A DNA stretch of 53,717 bases from Prorocentrum cordatum (taxonomy: Eukaryota): the NCBI GenBank assembly GCA_963575745.1, contig CAUYUJ010000293.1, forward strand, positions 62,001 through 115,717. Reading direction: 5' to 3'. This document shows positions 12,550 to 25,027 of this stretch, one piece after another; position 1 is the stretch's first letter, and the number at the start of each line of letters is the position of its first letter. A model generated the notes under the pieces. The model saw only the letters and a list, made by a program, of their open reading frames with translations, had not been told where the DNA came from and did no database searches. The translations under genes were made by a program, and so were the position numbers.

Positions 12550-13890
12550 CGTGTGAGGGGTGTGCCAAAAGGGGGCGGCGGCGCCATGCGAGTTGCGCCA
12601 CTTGGACCTGAGATGGAGCTCCCTGTGGGGCCACGGAACGTGTGAGGGGTGTGCCAGAATGGGGCGGCGGCGCCATGCGCACTGCGCCACGGGGACCTTA
12701 GGTGGAGCTCCCTATGGGGCCACGAAACGTGTGATGGGGTGTGCCGAAATGGGGCGGCGCCGCCTATGGGGCCACGAAACGTGTGAGGGGTGTGCCGAAA
12801 CTGGGGGTGGAACCGCATGCGAGCGCAGCCACTGGGGCCTTCGGTGGAGCTCCCTGTTGGGCCACGAAACGTGTGAGGGGTGTGCCAGAATCAGGGGTGG
12901 AACCGCATGCGAGCGCAGCCACTGGGGCCTTCGGTGGAGCTCCCTATGGGGCCACGAAGCGTGTGAGGGGTGTGCCAGAATGGGGGGTGGAACCGCATGC
13001 GAGCGCAGCCACTGGGGCCTTCGGTGGAGCTCCCTCACCGTGTGAGGGGTGTCCCGAAAGGTGTGACGGGTGTGCCGAAATGGGGGGGTGGAACGCATGC
13101 AGCGCAGCCACTGGGGCGTTCGGTGGAGCTCCCGTGGGGCCACGAAACGTGTGAGGGGTGTGCCGAACTGGGTGCGGTGGGCGCATGCGAACGCAGCCAC
13201 GGGGCCTTCGGTGGAGCTCCCTATGGGGCCACGTCACGTGTGAGGGGTGTGCCGAAATGGGTGCGGTGGGCGCATGTGAACGCAGCCACTGGGGCCTTCG
13301 GTGGAGCTCCCTGTGGGGCCACGAAACGTGTGAAGAGTGTGCCGAACTGGGTGCGGTGGGCGCATGCGAACGCAGCCACTGGGGCCTTCGGTGGAGCCCC
13401 ATATGGGGCCACGAAACGTGTGAGGGGTGTGCCGAACTGGGTGCGGTGGGCGCATGCGAACGCAGCCACGGGGGCCTTGGGTGAGGCTCCCTATGGGGCC
13501 ACGAAGCGTGTGAGGGGTGTGCCGAAATGGGTGCGGTGGGCGCATGTGAACGCAGCCACTGGGGCCTTCGGTGGAGCTCCCTGTGGGGCCACGAAACGTG
13601 TGAGGGGTGTGCCGAACTGGGTGCGGTGGGCGCATGCGAACGCAGCCACGGGGGCCTTCGGTGAGGCTCCCTATGGGGCCACGAAACGTGTGAGGGGTGT
13701 GCCGAAATCGGTGCGGTGGGCGCATGTGAACGCAGCCACTGGGGCCTTCGGTGGAGCTCCCTGTGGGGCCACGAAACGTGTGAGGGGTGCGCCGAAATGG
13801 GTGCGGTGGGCGCATGCGAACGCAGCCACAGGGGCCTTCGGTGGAGCTCCCTATGGGGCCACGAAGCGTGTGAGGGGTGTGCCGAATTTG
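12550..13890. repeat. 90-bp tandem minisatellite (~15 units)
   Basis: GGGGCCTTCGGTGGAGCTCCC... recurs at 13201, 13291, 13381, 13471, 13561, 13651, 13741 and 13831. More diverged units lie upstream. Confidence 0.95.
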
Positions 13891-14010
13891 GTGATGACGA
13901 TGACGATGATGATTGTGGTGATGATGACGTCGATGATGTCGATGATGATCATGGTGATGACGATGGCGATGATGATGATGCTAATGATGATAATGATGAT
14001 GATGATGATG
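13891..14010. repeat. (GAT)n degenerate microsatellite
   Basis: Direct reading. Confidence 0.95.
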
Positions 14011-15179
14011 GGAGGGGGGAGGAGGGAGGGAGGAAGGAGGCGGGAACGCGGGACACCGTCTCTTCAAAATGAGGACCCAACACCACAGGATGGTTGTAAA
14101 AAAGCAAAAAGTGCAGATTTTAAGAAAAACCTTTGCGGAGCTCTCTGCCTCGATTCTCTGCATTCTCACGGGTTCAGGAGCTCTACGAGGTTCCCGGCGT
14201 TGATCAGGTTGACGGTTCACCGCCGGCGCCAGTTTTCTGACTTTTGCTCGGTTGAAAATGATGTTCTCGAAATTAAAAAATTCGCTTGAGCTCTAGTATT
14301 TTCTCCGTGATATTAGATCTGATTCCCGCTCGCCGTTTCAATCTCCGCTCGATCGGGTACCTATTACTGCCAAAAAGCATGTGGGCGGGATCGATTGTTT
14401 GACGGTAACCAAGGTAGACGGTTTACCGCCGGCGCCCAGTCTCGACGGACTTTTTTGTGACTTTTGCTCGGTTGAAAAGTATGTTCTCGAAATTCAACAA
14501 TTCGTTAGAGCTCTAGTATATTTTCTTGTGATATTCGAGTTAACACCCGCTCGCCGTCTTAATCTCAGCTCGATCGGGTGCCTATTATTGCCAAAAAGCA
14601 TCCAGGCGGGATCGGTCGTTTCGAGTCATCTTGACACGCGTTGACGGCTTTCTGTACTTAACTCGAGATTTAGGAGAGCTACAGAGCTACAGAGCTTCAG
14701 AAACCGATTCAGAATCATCAGGCACGTTGATCTGGAGCATCTAGAGGTCTGACCTCAGTCTGCTACTCGAGCTAGGTCCGAGAAGCTATTCGTATTCTAC
14801 CGATTTTCTTGACATATGTTTTCGATTTTCGGTGCTGAACTGGAGCTGTAGGACTACAGAGCTGGTGCGCCCACGAAACTGATCCAGAATCATCAGATGC
14901 GTTCGTCTCAAGCATCTAGAGGTCTGCACTCGGTCCACTACTCGAGCTAGGTCCGCGAAAATATTCGTATTGTAGGCTACTCGTATTCTACAGATTTTTT
15001 TTGTTCGAGACTAGTTGTTCGGCGTCTGCGCTCATAACAGACCCAAGCCAAGCGTCCAGATACTTCAGACTCGCGCGCCTGATGTTTTTCTTCTGATTTC
15101 TGTGCCGAAGAGCTCTCGAGCTGATCTGCAGCTCGAGTTAAGTGAAGAAATCCACCATCATGTCGAACAAATCGGTCGA

Positions 15180-18100
15180 ATACGAATAGTTTTGCGGACC
15201 TAGCTCGAGTAGCAGACTGAATTCAGAGCTCTAGATGCTTCAGCCGAACGCGCCTGCTGATTCTGAATCGATTACGTGTGCGTACCAGCTCCGTAGCTAT
15301 GCTACAGCTCGAGTAAAGTACAGAAAACCAACAGCGCCTGTCAAGATGACTCGGAGAATACGAATAGTTTCGCGGACCTAGCTCGAGTAGCAGACCGAGT
15401 TCAGACCTCTGGATGCTTCAGACGAGCGCGACTGATGATTCTGAATCGCTTACGTGTGCGTACCAGCTCTATAGCTATCCTACAGCTCGAGTTAAGTACG
15501 GAAAACTGACAGCACCTGTCAAGTGAACTCGAAGAATACGAATAGTTTCGCGGACTGAGCTCGAGTAGCAGACCGAGTTCAGACCTCTAGATGCTTCGGA
15601 CGAACGCGCCTGATGATTCTGAATCGATTACGTGTGCGTACCAGCTCTGTAGCTTCCCTACAGCTCGAATTAAGTACAGAAAACCGACAGCACCTGTCAA
15701 GATGACCCGAAACAGTCGATCCCGCCCACATGCTTTTTGGCAGTAATAGGTACCCGATCGAGCGGAGATTGAAACGGCGAGCGGGAATCATATCTAATAT
15801 CACGGAGAAAATACTAGAGCTCAAGCGAATTGTTCAATTTCGAGAGCACCATTTTCAACCGAGCAAAAGTCAGAAAACTGGCGCCGGCGGTGAACCGTCA
15901 ACCTGATCAACGCCGGGAACCTCGTAGAGCTCCTGAACCCGTGAGAGTGCAGAGAATCGAAGCAGAGAGCTCCGCAGAGGATTTTCTTTAAATCTGCATT
16001 TTTTTTGATGTTCATATTAGGTCGGCTCCCGGAAGTGAACCAATGGTAAAACTGCCTCGAGAGAGCTGAGCTGCTCTCGGAACAAAGCCTATATGCCAAT
16101 GCTCGGCGTAATAATCTGCTTTCTCAGAATGACTTGTCAAATGTCTTTCAAATCTTAGCCGACCCAAAGTTGTCACGTTGTCCGTTCTGGTCGGGTCGAC
16201 CAACTAGCTCCACCCCGCGCCGGAATTCCTCTATCTCATCGATGCCGAGGAGCTCCACGGGGTATAACGAAGATGTCTACGAGATAATCTCTCAAAATCT
16301 TCAAAAACCGACACCAGGTTGTCACATTGTTCGCCCGGGCGGGGGTTGGTAACTAGCTGCACCCTGCGCCGGAATTCTTCTAGCTTATCGATGCCGAAGA
16401 GCTCTACGAGGTACTAGCTCTCCAGCGCGCCAGAATTACTCTTAAGCTTCCAGCAACTGGGAACCGGCGGTAAACCGTCAACCAGGTTACCGCCAGGGAT
16501 CTCGTAGAGCTCTTTTCCGCACGGCGCTCCACGGAACACATGAAGGGAGCTTCTGAAGCGAGAGCCGAAAAACTAAGAAAAACACGTTTTTCTGTTTTAT
16601 CGAACGTCGGTTCCGCCAAGTGTTTTGATAGTAATACTGCACCTAGGGCCTGAGAGTTTCACAGGCACGCGCGTCATAACCCACTACAGGTGCGAGAAAT
16701 CTGGTTCCTGAAAGGAATTGTCAAATATCTTCCAAATCTTCGCGAGACCGACCCAAAGTCGTCACGTCTTCTTCTCTGGTCGGGTCAACCACCTGGCGCC
16801 GGCGGTGAACCGTCAACGTGGTCACCGCCGGGAACTTCGTAGAGCTCCTTGCACACGTAAGAGTGCTCAGAATCGAAGCAGACAGCTTCTCGGAGCATTT
16901 GTAGAGCAACGTCAAATTAACATTTTTCGGTGTCGACCTCATGTCAGTTCCTCTCAACATTTCCATAGTAAAACTCTCTCTAGAGAGCTGATTCTTGCTC
17001 AGAATGAAGTTTGGACACCTATGCTGGACGTCAAAATCTGGTTTCTCAAAATGAATTGTTGAATATCTTTCAGATCTTAGCAAAACCGACCAAAAGTTGT
17101 CACATTGTCCCTTCCGGTCGGATCGACCAACTGGGCGCCGGCGGTAAACCGTCAACCTTGGTTACCGCCGGGGGACTCGTAGAGCTTCCTTGCCATATAC
17201 CATCTCTAAAGAATAAGGAGAGTACGAATAGTTGTTCAGTCCGAGCGCTAATAGCAGACTGATTTCATGATTGTCTGACTGCTCTGCCTAGGAGCTCCGG
17301 AGCTCATCTGCAGCTCGAGCTTAGTCAGAAAAACCATTCCATCACCAGGAAAAAACATAATATGAATAGTTGTTCGGCTTCAGTGCTGAGAACAGGCCGA
17401 ATCCAAGCGTCTGGATACTTCAGATTAGCGCGTCTGATAATTCCCTCCCGATTTCTGTGCCCAAGAGCTCTGAAGCTTAGATGCAGCGCGACTTTAGTCA
17501 AGGAGCTGACCATCATCTCGAACAAAAATCGGTAGACATCGAATAGTTTCGTGAACCCAGCTCGAGTAGCAGACCGAGTTCGGACCTCTAGATGCTTGAG
17601 ACGAACGCGCCTGATGACTCTGAATCGAGTACGTGTGCGTATCAGCTGTGTAGCTCTCCTACAGCTCGAGTTAAGTACGGAAAACCGGCAACAGCTGTCC
17701 AGAACATTCGTACAATACGAATAGTGTTGCGGACCTAGCTCGAGTAGTGGACCGAGTTCAGACCTGGATGCTTCAGACGAACGCGCATGATGATTCTGAA
17801 TCGATTACGTGGGCGTACAAGCTATCTATCAAATAGCGCGCCTCATGATTGTCTTCCGATTGCTGTGCCTGAGAGCTCGGAAGCTCATCTGCAGCTCGAG
17901 CTTAGTCAGAAAAACCATTCCATCACCAGGAAAAACATAATATGAACAGTGTTCGGCTTCAGTGCTGAGAACAGGCCGAATCCAAGCGTCTAGATACTTC
18001 AGACTAGCGCGTCTGATAATTCCCTCCCGATTTCTGTGCCGACGAGCTCTGAAGCTTAGATGCAGCTCGACTTCAGTCAAGGAACTCACCATCATCTCGA

Positions 18101-18720
18101 AAAGAATCTGTTTAATACGAGTAGTTTCGCGGACCTTGCTCGAGTAGCAGACCGAGTTCGGACCTCTAGATGCTTCAGACGAACGCGCCTGATGATTCTG
18201 AATCGAGTACGTGTGCGTATCAGCTCTGTAGCTCTCCTACAGCTCGAGTTTAGTACAGAAAACCGACAACAGCGTTCAGGAAAATTCCTACACTAAGAAT
18301 AGTTTTAGGGACCTAGCTGGAGTAGTAGACCGAGTTCAGACCTCTAGATGCTTCAGATGAACGCGCATGATGATTCTGAATCGATTTCGTGGGCGTACAA
18401 GCTATGTAGCTCTCCTACAGTTCGAGTTAAGTACAGAAAACCGAGAGCACCTGTCAACAAATTTCGTAGAATACGAATAGTTTCGCGCACCTAGCTCGGG
18501 TAGTGGAGTTCAGACCTAGATGCTTGAGACGAACGCGCATGATGATTCTGGATCGATTACGTGGCGCACCAGCTCTGTAGCTCTCCCTCAGCTCGAGTTA
18601 AGTACCGAAATTCGACAGCATCTGTCAATAAAATCGGTTGAATACGAATAGCTTCCCGGATCTATCTCGAGTAGCAGACTGAGTCCAGACCTCTAGATGT
18701 TTCAGATGAACGCGCCTGAT
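15180..18720 (-). repeat. ~180-bp tandem subrepeats of long Helentron-like family C, reverse orientation, interrupted by nested elements
   Basis: Repeated CTAGCTCGAGTAGCAGACCGAGTTCAGACCTCTAGATGCTTCAGACGAACGCGCCTGATGATTCTGAATCG units; reverse complement of the units at 39380-39920. Confidence 0.85.
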
Positions 18721-19319
18721 GATTATATAGGCTTGCGCCACATCCGCCGACCCCTACATAAACTACTGCGCCTCCTGGACTGCATTTCACGAGGCTTGTC
18801 GGAATCATGGCACGGCGCTCGACATCGTTTTTGTTGCTTCGTTGTTGTTATCGTATCTCTTGGTGCTCTTCTGTGCCCTTTGGGTGGCATCTTGGCCTGT
18901 CTGCAGGCCACATCCGGCCGCCTCGAGGCTTGGGCCATCTTGGTTGCCTTGGTTGCCTGCCTGGGCTGTCTTGGAAGCTCGGGACGCGGACGCACAAACT
19001 TCCAGCGAAGGACCGTGGCCTCGGGAGTGCGGCTCCCATGTTAACAAAATGCCAGGGCTCGTGGCCTCGGGGACAGGGGGCATGGCATGGGCTAGTCTGG
19101 CCGCAGAGGTGGGGAAGGGGTCCGAATTAGAACGCGCTACAGAGCAGCACTTGGCATTCTAACACGCCCACGTCGTGCAGGCACGATGGCGGATTTTTCG
19201 TAGGGCCTGGTTAGGATGTTGAGTCGTTGTTTGACGGTCCCGGGGCTTGTCGAGGGCCCAAAGGGCCGAACATCGTCGCACATGTCCCCTTAGCTCCTGA
19301 GGGCGCACCCCTGAGATTT

Positions 19320-20513
19320 GAATGAGCGTGTTCTACCGCTGCTGGCGGAAAACCGGGGGGGGTCACTACCGGTTCGAACCCCTCCCCCCCCCCCCCCCTC
19401 CGGAAAACCGGGGGGGGTCACTACCGGTTCGAACCCCTCCCCCCCCCCCCCCCCCCTGCTCATCGTGAAAAGGGGGGGGGTCACTACCGGTTCGAACCCC
19501 CCCCCCCCCCCCCTCCGGATCCGGAAAACCGGGGGGGGTCACTACCGGTTCGAACCCCCCCCCCCTCGAAAACCGAGTGGGGGTGCGGACAGTGGTGGGG
19601 ACGGTGTTGGTGGGGACAGTGGTGAGGGGATAGCGGGACAGTGGTGGGGACAGTGGGACAGTGGGACAGTGGTGGGGACGGTAGTGGTGGGGACAGTGGT
19701 GGGGACAATGGTGGGAACAGGGGGGGACAGTGGACAGTGGTGGTGACGGTGGTGGTGGGGACAGTGGTGTGGGGACAATGGGAATGAGGTGGAAACAGTG
19801 GGACAGTGGAGGGTACAATGGTGGTGGGGACAGTGGTGAAGGCGGTGGCGAGGACGGCGGTGGGACAATGGGACAGAGGTACAGTGGGGACAGTGGTGGG
19901 GACAGTGGGGACAGTGGTGGGAACAGTGGGACAGCTCAGTGGGACAGCGGAGGAGTCAGTGGGACAGTGGGGACAGTGGGGATAGTCGGGCAGTGGTTGG
20001 GGCCGTGGAGACAGTGGGGAGAGTGGAACCGTGGTGGGAACAGTTCTGGGGACAGCGGGGACAGTGCGACAGTGGTGGGGCCACTGGTGGGGACAGTAGG
20101 GGCGGTGGTGGAACCAGTGGGGACAGCGGTGGTGAGGACAGTGGTGCTGGGAACACCAGTGGGGGATGTGATGCGGACGGTGGTGGGGACCGGGAGTCGT
20201 TTGCTGGCGGAGAGTAGGGGGGGGGGGGGGGGGGGGGGGGGGGGTTCGAACCGGTAGTGACCCCCCTCGGTTTTCCGGATCCGGAGGGGGGGGGGGGGGG
20301 AGGGGTTCGAACCGGTAGTGACCCCCCGGTTTTCGAGGGGAGGGGGGGGGGGTTAGGGGAGGGGGGGGGTTTTGCCGGGGGAAGGGGTGGGGGGGGGGGA
20401 GGGGTTCCAGCAGGGGGGGGGGATTTTCGGAGGGGGGGGGGGGCGACCCCCGGGTTCCGGAGGAAAAGGTTGGCAATTTTCCACAGTAAAGCGGCGGTGG
20501 ATCACGCTCTCTC
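19320..20513. mobile_element. Non-autonomous foldback/MITE-like DNA transposon with TIRs, 1194 bp
   Basis: 8-bp TSD TGAGATTT (19312-19319, 20514-20521; 9 bp if the C is counted). Empty sites exist at ~23615 and ~29490. Imperfect TIRs GAATGAGCGTGTTCTACCGCTGCT / AGCGGCGGTGGATCACGCTCTCTC, inverted subterminal GTCACTACCGGTTCGAAC repeats, and a GGGACAGTGGT core. Confidence 0.85.
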
Positions 20514-20959
20514 TGAGATTTTCATCGCGTCTGGGCTTCCTTGGGGGCTCTCGGGGGCCTCTTGGGGGCTTCCTGGGGGCTTCTTGGAGTCCTTTGAGGT
20601 TCTCTTGCGGGTCCCTCAAGGCCTCTTGGGGTGTTCTTGGGTCAGGCTGGGGGCGTCTTGGGGCCGAAGGCTCGAAAAGGTGCCCCCTGGACTCCCTCTT
20701 GGAGCCGTCTGGGGGCCCTCTTGGGCTGTCTTGGGGGCTTCGTGGGCTGTTTGGGACCCTCTTCGACCCCTCTTGGGGACCCCTTCGGCCGTCCGGGGGC
20801 GATATTGAAGGTTTCTGTACTCTGTACCCGTCTTGGACGTTGTGAAGGCCGAAAAGGCGAGTATGCGAAAAATGTTGTTTTTTCACCAAATAGCTTGCTG
20901 AACGGCGAACGGGATGCTGTTGTGATAGAAGCTAACTCCGGCCGAGGGAAGTCGGAGCA

Positions 20960-23187
20960 GAGACATCCTCACAAGAATTTGATGGTCCGGGCCGTTTCGC
21001 TTGAGACATCCTCACAACTCTCGTTTCTGAGTTGGCCGGGATTGGCCGTTGCGCCTGAGACATCCTCGAAAAGTTGCGCTCCGGGACGCCGCGCGAGAGG
21101 TGGTCCGGGCCGTTTCGCTTGAGACATCCTCGAAACTCTGAGTCCCGAGGTGCCGTGCGAGAGGTGGTCCAGGCCGTTTCGCCTGAGACATTCTCGAAAC
21201 TCTGAGCTCTGCGATGCCTTGCGCGAGGTGGTCCGGCCCGTTTCGCCAGAGACATCCTCGAAACTCTAACCTCGGAGATGCCGCGCGAGAGGTGGTCCGG
21301 GTCGTTTCGCCTGAGACATCCTCGAAACTCTGAGCTTTGAGATGTCTTGCGCGAGGTGGTCCGGCCCGTTGCGCCTGAGACATCCTCGAAACTCTGATTT
21401 CGGAGATGCCGCGCGAGAGGTGGTCCGGCCCGTTTCGCTTGAGACATCCTCGAACTTCTGAGCTCAGAGATGCACTGCGCGAGGTGGTCCAGCCCGTCTC
21501 GCCTGAGACATCCTCGCAACTCTGAGCTCTGAGATGCCGTGCGCTAGGTGGTCCGGCCCGTCTCGCCTGGGACATTCTCGCAACTCTGAGCTCTGCCGCG
21601 CAAGAGGTGGTCCAGCCTGGGGGCCCAGAAGACCACATGTTACATATCCTCCCTGGGACCCTGGGAGCCCGCCTGAGACATCCTCGAACTTCTGAGCTCT
21701 GAGATGCCCTGCGCGAGGTGGTCCGGCCCGTCTCGCCTGAGACATCCTCGCAACTCTGAGCTCTGAGATGCCGTGCGCAAGGTGGTCCGGCCTGTTTCGC
21801 ACAAGACATTCTCGCAACTCTGAGCTCTCAGATGCCGCGCAAGAGGTGGTCCAGCCTGGGGGCCCAGAAGACCACATGTTACATATCCCCCCTGGGAGCC
21901 CCAGGAGGCCCCAGAGAGCTCCAGGAGGCCGCAGGACGCCCAGGACAGGCCCCAGGGGTCCGCAGGAGATTCCCAGGAGGCTCCCAGGAGGCCCCAGGAG
22001 GCCCCCTATCAGAACGTGTCAAGTTCATAAACATCCGGTGTCGATTCGTTGATTTTTCCTGCTCTTGTGCCCCCCCCCGCCATTTTGAAATGCCCAAGCG
22101 GCCTCAGGTTAGATATCCCCCCTGGGAGCCCCAAGAGGCTTCAGGAAACCCCAGGTGGAGTTCAGGAGGCCGCAGGAGGCCCAGGAGGAAGCCCCAGGAG
22201 GTCCCCAGGAGGCCCCAGGAGGCACCAGGAGGCCCCCGCAACTCGGAGCTCTGAGACGCCGCGCTCGAGGTGGTCCGGCCCGTTTCGCCTGAGACTTCCT
22301 TGCAGCACGTTTCGCCCGAGACACCGGCCCGTCTCGCCTGAGACATCCTCGCAACTCTGAGCTCTGAGATGCCGTGCGCAAGGTGGTCCGGCCCGTTTCG
22401 CACAAGACATTCTCGCAACTCTGAGCTCCCAGATGCTGCGCAAGAGGTGGTCCAGCCTGGGGCCCAGAAGACCACATGTTACATATCCCCCCTGGGACCC
22501 TGGGAGCCCCAGGAGGCCCCAGAGAGCTTCAGGAGGCCGCAGGACGCCCAGGACAGGCCCCAGGGGTCCGCAGGAGATTCCCAGGAGGCTCCCAGGAGGC
22601 CCCAGGAGGCCCCCTATCAGAACGTGTCAAGTTAATACACGTCTGGTGTCGATTCGTTGATTTTTCCTGCTCTTGTGGCCCCCATTTTTGGGGGCCCCGA
22701 CGGCCACATGTTAGCTATCCCCCCCTGGGAGCCCCAAGAGGCTTCAGGAAGCCCCAGGTGGGTCCAGGAGGCCACAGGAGGCCCAGGAGGAAGCCCCAGG
22801 AGGTCACCAGGAGGTCCCAGGAGGCCCCAGGAGGCCCCCGCAACTCGGAGCTCTGAGACGCCGCGCTCGAGGTGGTCCGGCCCGTTTCACCTGAGACTCC
22901 CGCGCAGCACGTTTCGCCCGAGACATCGTTGCAACTCTGGGGTCCGAGATACCGCGCGCGAGGTGGTCCAGCCCGTCGCGCTGGAGACATCCTCGCAACT
23001 CTGGGCTCCGAGATGCCCTGCGCGAGGTGGTCCGGCCCGTCTCGCCTGAGACATCCTCGCAATTCTGAGCTCTGAGATGCCGTGCGCAAGGTGGTCCGGC
23101 CCGTTTCGCACAAGACATTCTCGCAACTCTGAGTTCTCAGATGCTGCGCAAGAGGTGGTCCAGCCTGGGGGCCCAGAAGACCACATG
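20960..23187. repeat. ~61-62 bp tandem repeats plus CCCAGGAGG runs, with a ~600-bp higher-order duplication
   Basis: GAGGTGGTCCGGCCCGTTTCGCCTGAGACATCCTCGAAACTCTGAG units; the block at ~21725-22325 is repeated at ~22325-22925. Confidence 0.9.
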
Positions 23188-24916
23188 TGGCATCTTGGCC
23201 TGTCTGCAGGCCACATCCGGCCGCCTCGAGGTTTGGGCCATCTTGGTTGCCTTGGTCGCCTGCCTGGGCTGTCTTGGAAGCTCGGGACGCGGACGCGCAA
23301 ACTTCCAACGAAGGACCGTGGCCTCGGGAGTGCGGCTCCCATGTTAACAAAATGCCAGGGCTCGTGGCCTCGGGGACAGGGGGCATGGCATGGGCTAGTC
23401 TGGCAGCAGGGGTGGGGAAGGGGTCCGAATTAGAGCACGCTACAGAGCAGCACTTGGCATTCTAACACGCCCACGTCGTGCAGGCACGATGGCGGATTTT
23501 TCGTAGGGCCTGGTTAGGATGTTGAGTCGTTGTTTGACGGTCCCGGGGCTTGTCGAGGGCCCAAAGGGCCGAACATCGTCGCACACGTCCCCTTAGCTCC
23601 TGAGGGCGCACCCCTGAGATTTTCATCGCGTCTGGGCTTCCTTGGGGGCTCTCGGGGGCCTCTTGGGGGCTTCCTGGGGGCTTCTTGGAGTCCTTTGAGG
23701 TTCTCTTGGGGGTCCCTCAAGGCCTCTTGGGGTGTTCTTGGGGGCGGGCAGAAGTACCAGCAAGGTCCACTCTCGAAAAAGGTTGCCCCCTGGACTCCCT
23801 TTGGAAGCCGTTCCTGGGGGCCCTCTTGGCTGTCTTGGGGCTTCGTGGGCTGTTTTGGACCCTCTTCGACCCCTCTTGGGGACCCCTTCGGCCGTCCGGG
23901 GGCGATATTGAAGGTTTCTGTGCCCGTCTTGGACGTTGTGAAGGCCGAAAAGGCGAGTATGCGAAAAATGCTGTTTTTTTCAAATGGAATGGGACGGTTT
24001 TTGTTTCTTGGGACCCTCTTGGGATGCATCTTGGGGGGCCTTTGGGAGCGTCTTGGCAGCTTCGGAGGCCGTCTGGAGGCCATCGTGGGCGTCAAGGAGA
24101 GATATTTCGGCGACTCGTTGCCCTCTGGGACTCTGGGACCGTCTGGGGAGCGTTTTGGTGCCTTCTCGGTCCGTTTTGGAGCCCTCCGCTTCCCCATGAC
24201 GCGTTCGGTCCGGGGTCATCCCTGGCCAGGGGGGGGGGTCGAATTGCCGGTGTGGGTGTCCCTGGGGGGGGGGGATTAGGGTGGGGGGAGAATCTCACAC
24301 GCCTAGAGACCCACGAGGGGTCGGCGGATTTCGCAAGTGCAGTGTCAGCTAACCCATATCGAGTGGCACCATGTGGGCCACGCGCACGCACATGTCAACG
24401 TCTTCCCAGAAGCAATGGTGCACACATACTTTTACAGCCAACAACCATCCTTCACCTTTCATTTTCAAAACCAATGCGCGCGCACTAGCTGAAATGATAA
24501 GACATCATCGCGTTTGCTTTGCCACTCTGTCAAGTGAGACGATGCGGGCAACGCGCGTGCGCATGTCGAAACCATTCAACAGTCATCGCGCACCTCCGCC
24601 GACTCTGTTAGATATCACCATGCGGGCCACGCGCATGCATCCCCGCGAACGCATGCCAAAATCATTTCACAGTCATCGCGCACCCGCCAACTCTGTCAAA
24701 TGATGCAATGCGGACCACACGAGCGCGTCCCCACGGGCGCATGTCGAAGTCATTTCAAGACCACTCTGGTGTTCATGCATGGTTCTCATATAACCGGAAG
24801 CCTGGCCTGGAGGGGGCCCGGGGCTGCAACACACAGGGCACCAGAGTAAACCCGCTTTTTTTGGGGGCCTTCCCCGGAGATTGAGAAGCTCATGAGGTCC
24901 ACCCTGAAAAGATTAT

Positions 24917-24937
24917 GCAACCCACATGTGGCTCAAG
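24917..24937 (+). other. Degenerate relic DinoSL upstream of protease copy 1
   Basis: GCAACCCACATGTGGCTCAAG; paralogue of 30778-30796 with two extra bases. Confidence 0.45.
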
Positions 24938-25027
24938 CAAACATCTCTCCATTCGGCGCGCTGGCTCAGGGCGAGCTCTATGGATGGTTTACACTGGTAC
25001 CGCTGGCAGATTACACCTGGCGGCACA

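Larger units (their letters stand above)
12441..14097 (-). mobile_element. Satellite-bearing Helitron-like insertion (~1.65 kb)
   Basis: Absent from the inverted paralogue of the host at ~15990-16020 (empty site). CCCAACCAT (12457-12465) and ATGGTTG (14090-14096) form an asymmetric inverted pair. The minus-strand end reads ...CAGGCTAA^T (CTRR-like). The right boundary is uncertain within an A-run. Confidence 0.6.
1..18720. repeat. Nested array of non-autonomous Helentron/Helitron2-like elements (several families, both strands)
   Basis: Many copies of a 5' module TACCTCGTAGAGCTC...GAGCTAGTTGG and a 3' module GAGCTCTACGAGG-TTCCCGGCGGTGACCAGGTTGACGGTTCACCGCCGGCGCCAG (inverted repeat + hairpin). 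Many copies are truncated or inserted into one another. The superfamily assignment is inferred from architecture. Confidence 0.75.

Noticed and set aside
12560..14289. Long ORFs (up to 439 aa) over the 90-bp satellite
   Set aside because: The unit length is a multiple of 3 and GC-rich, so several frames on both strands stay open; no protein-like features.
19318..24488. Gly/Pro/Arg-rich ORFs in the GC-rich repeats
   Set aside because: They arise from low-complexity repeats and homopolymer runs; no transposase or other domain motifs are recognisable.
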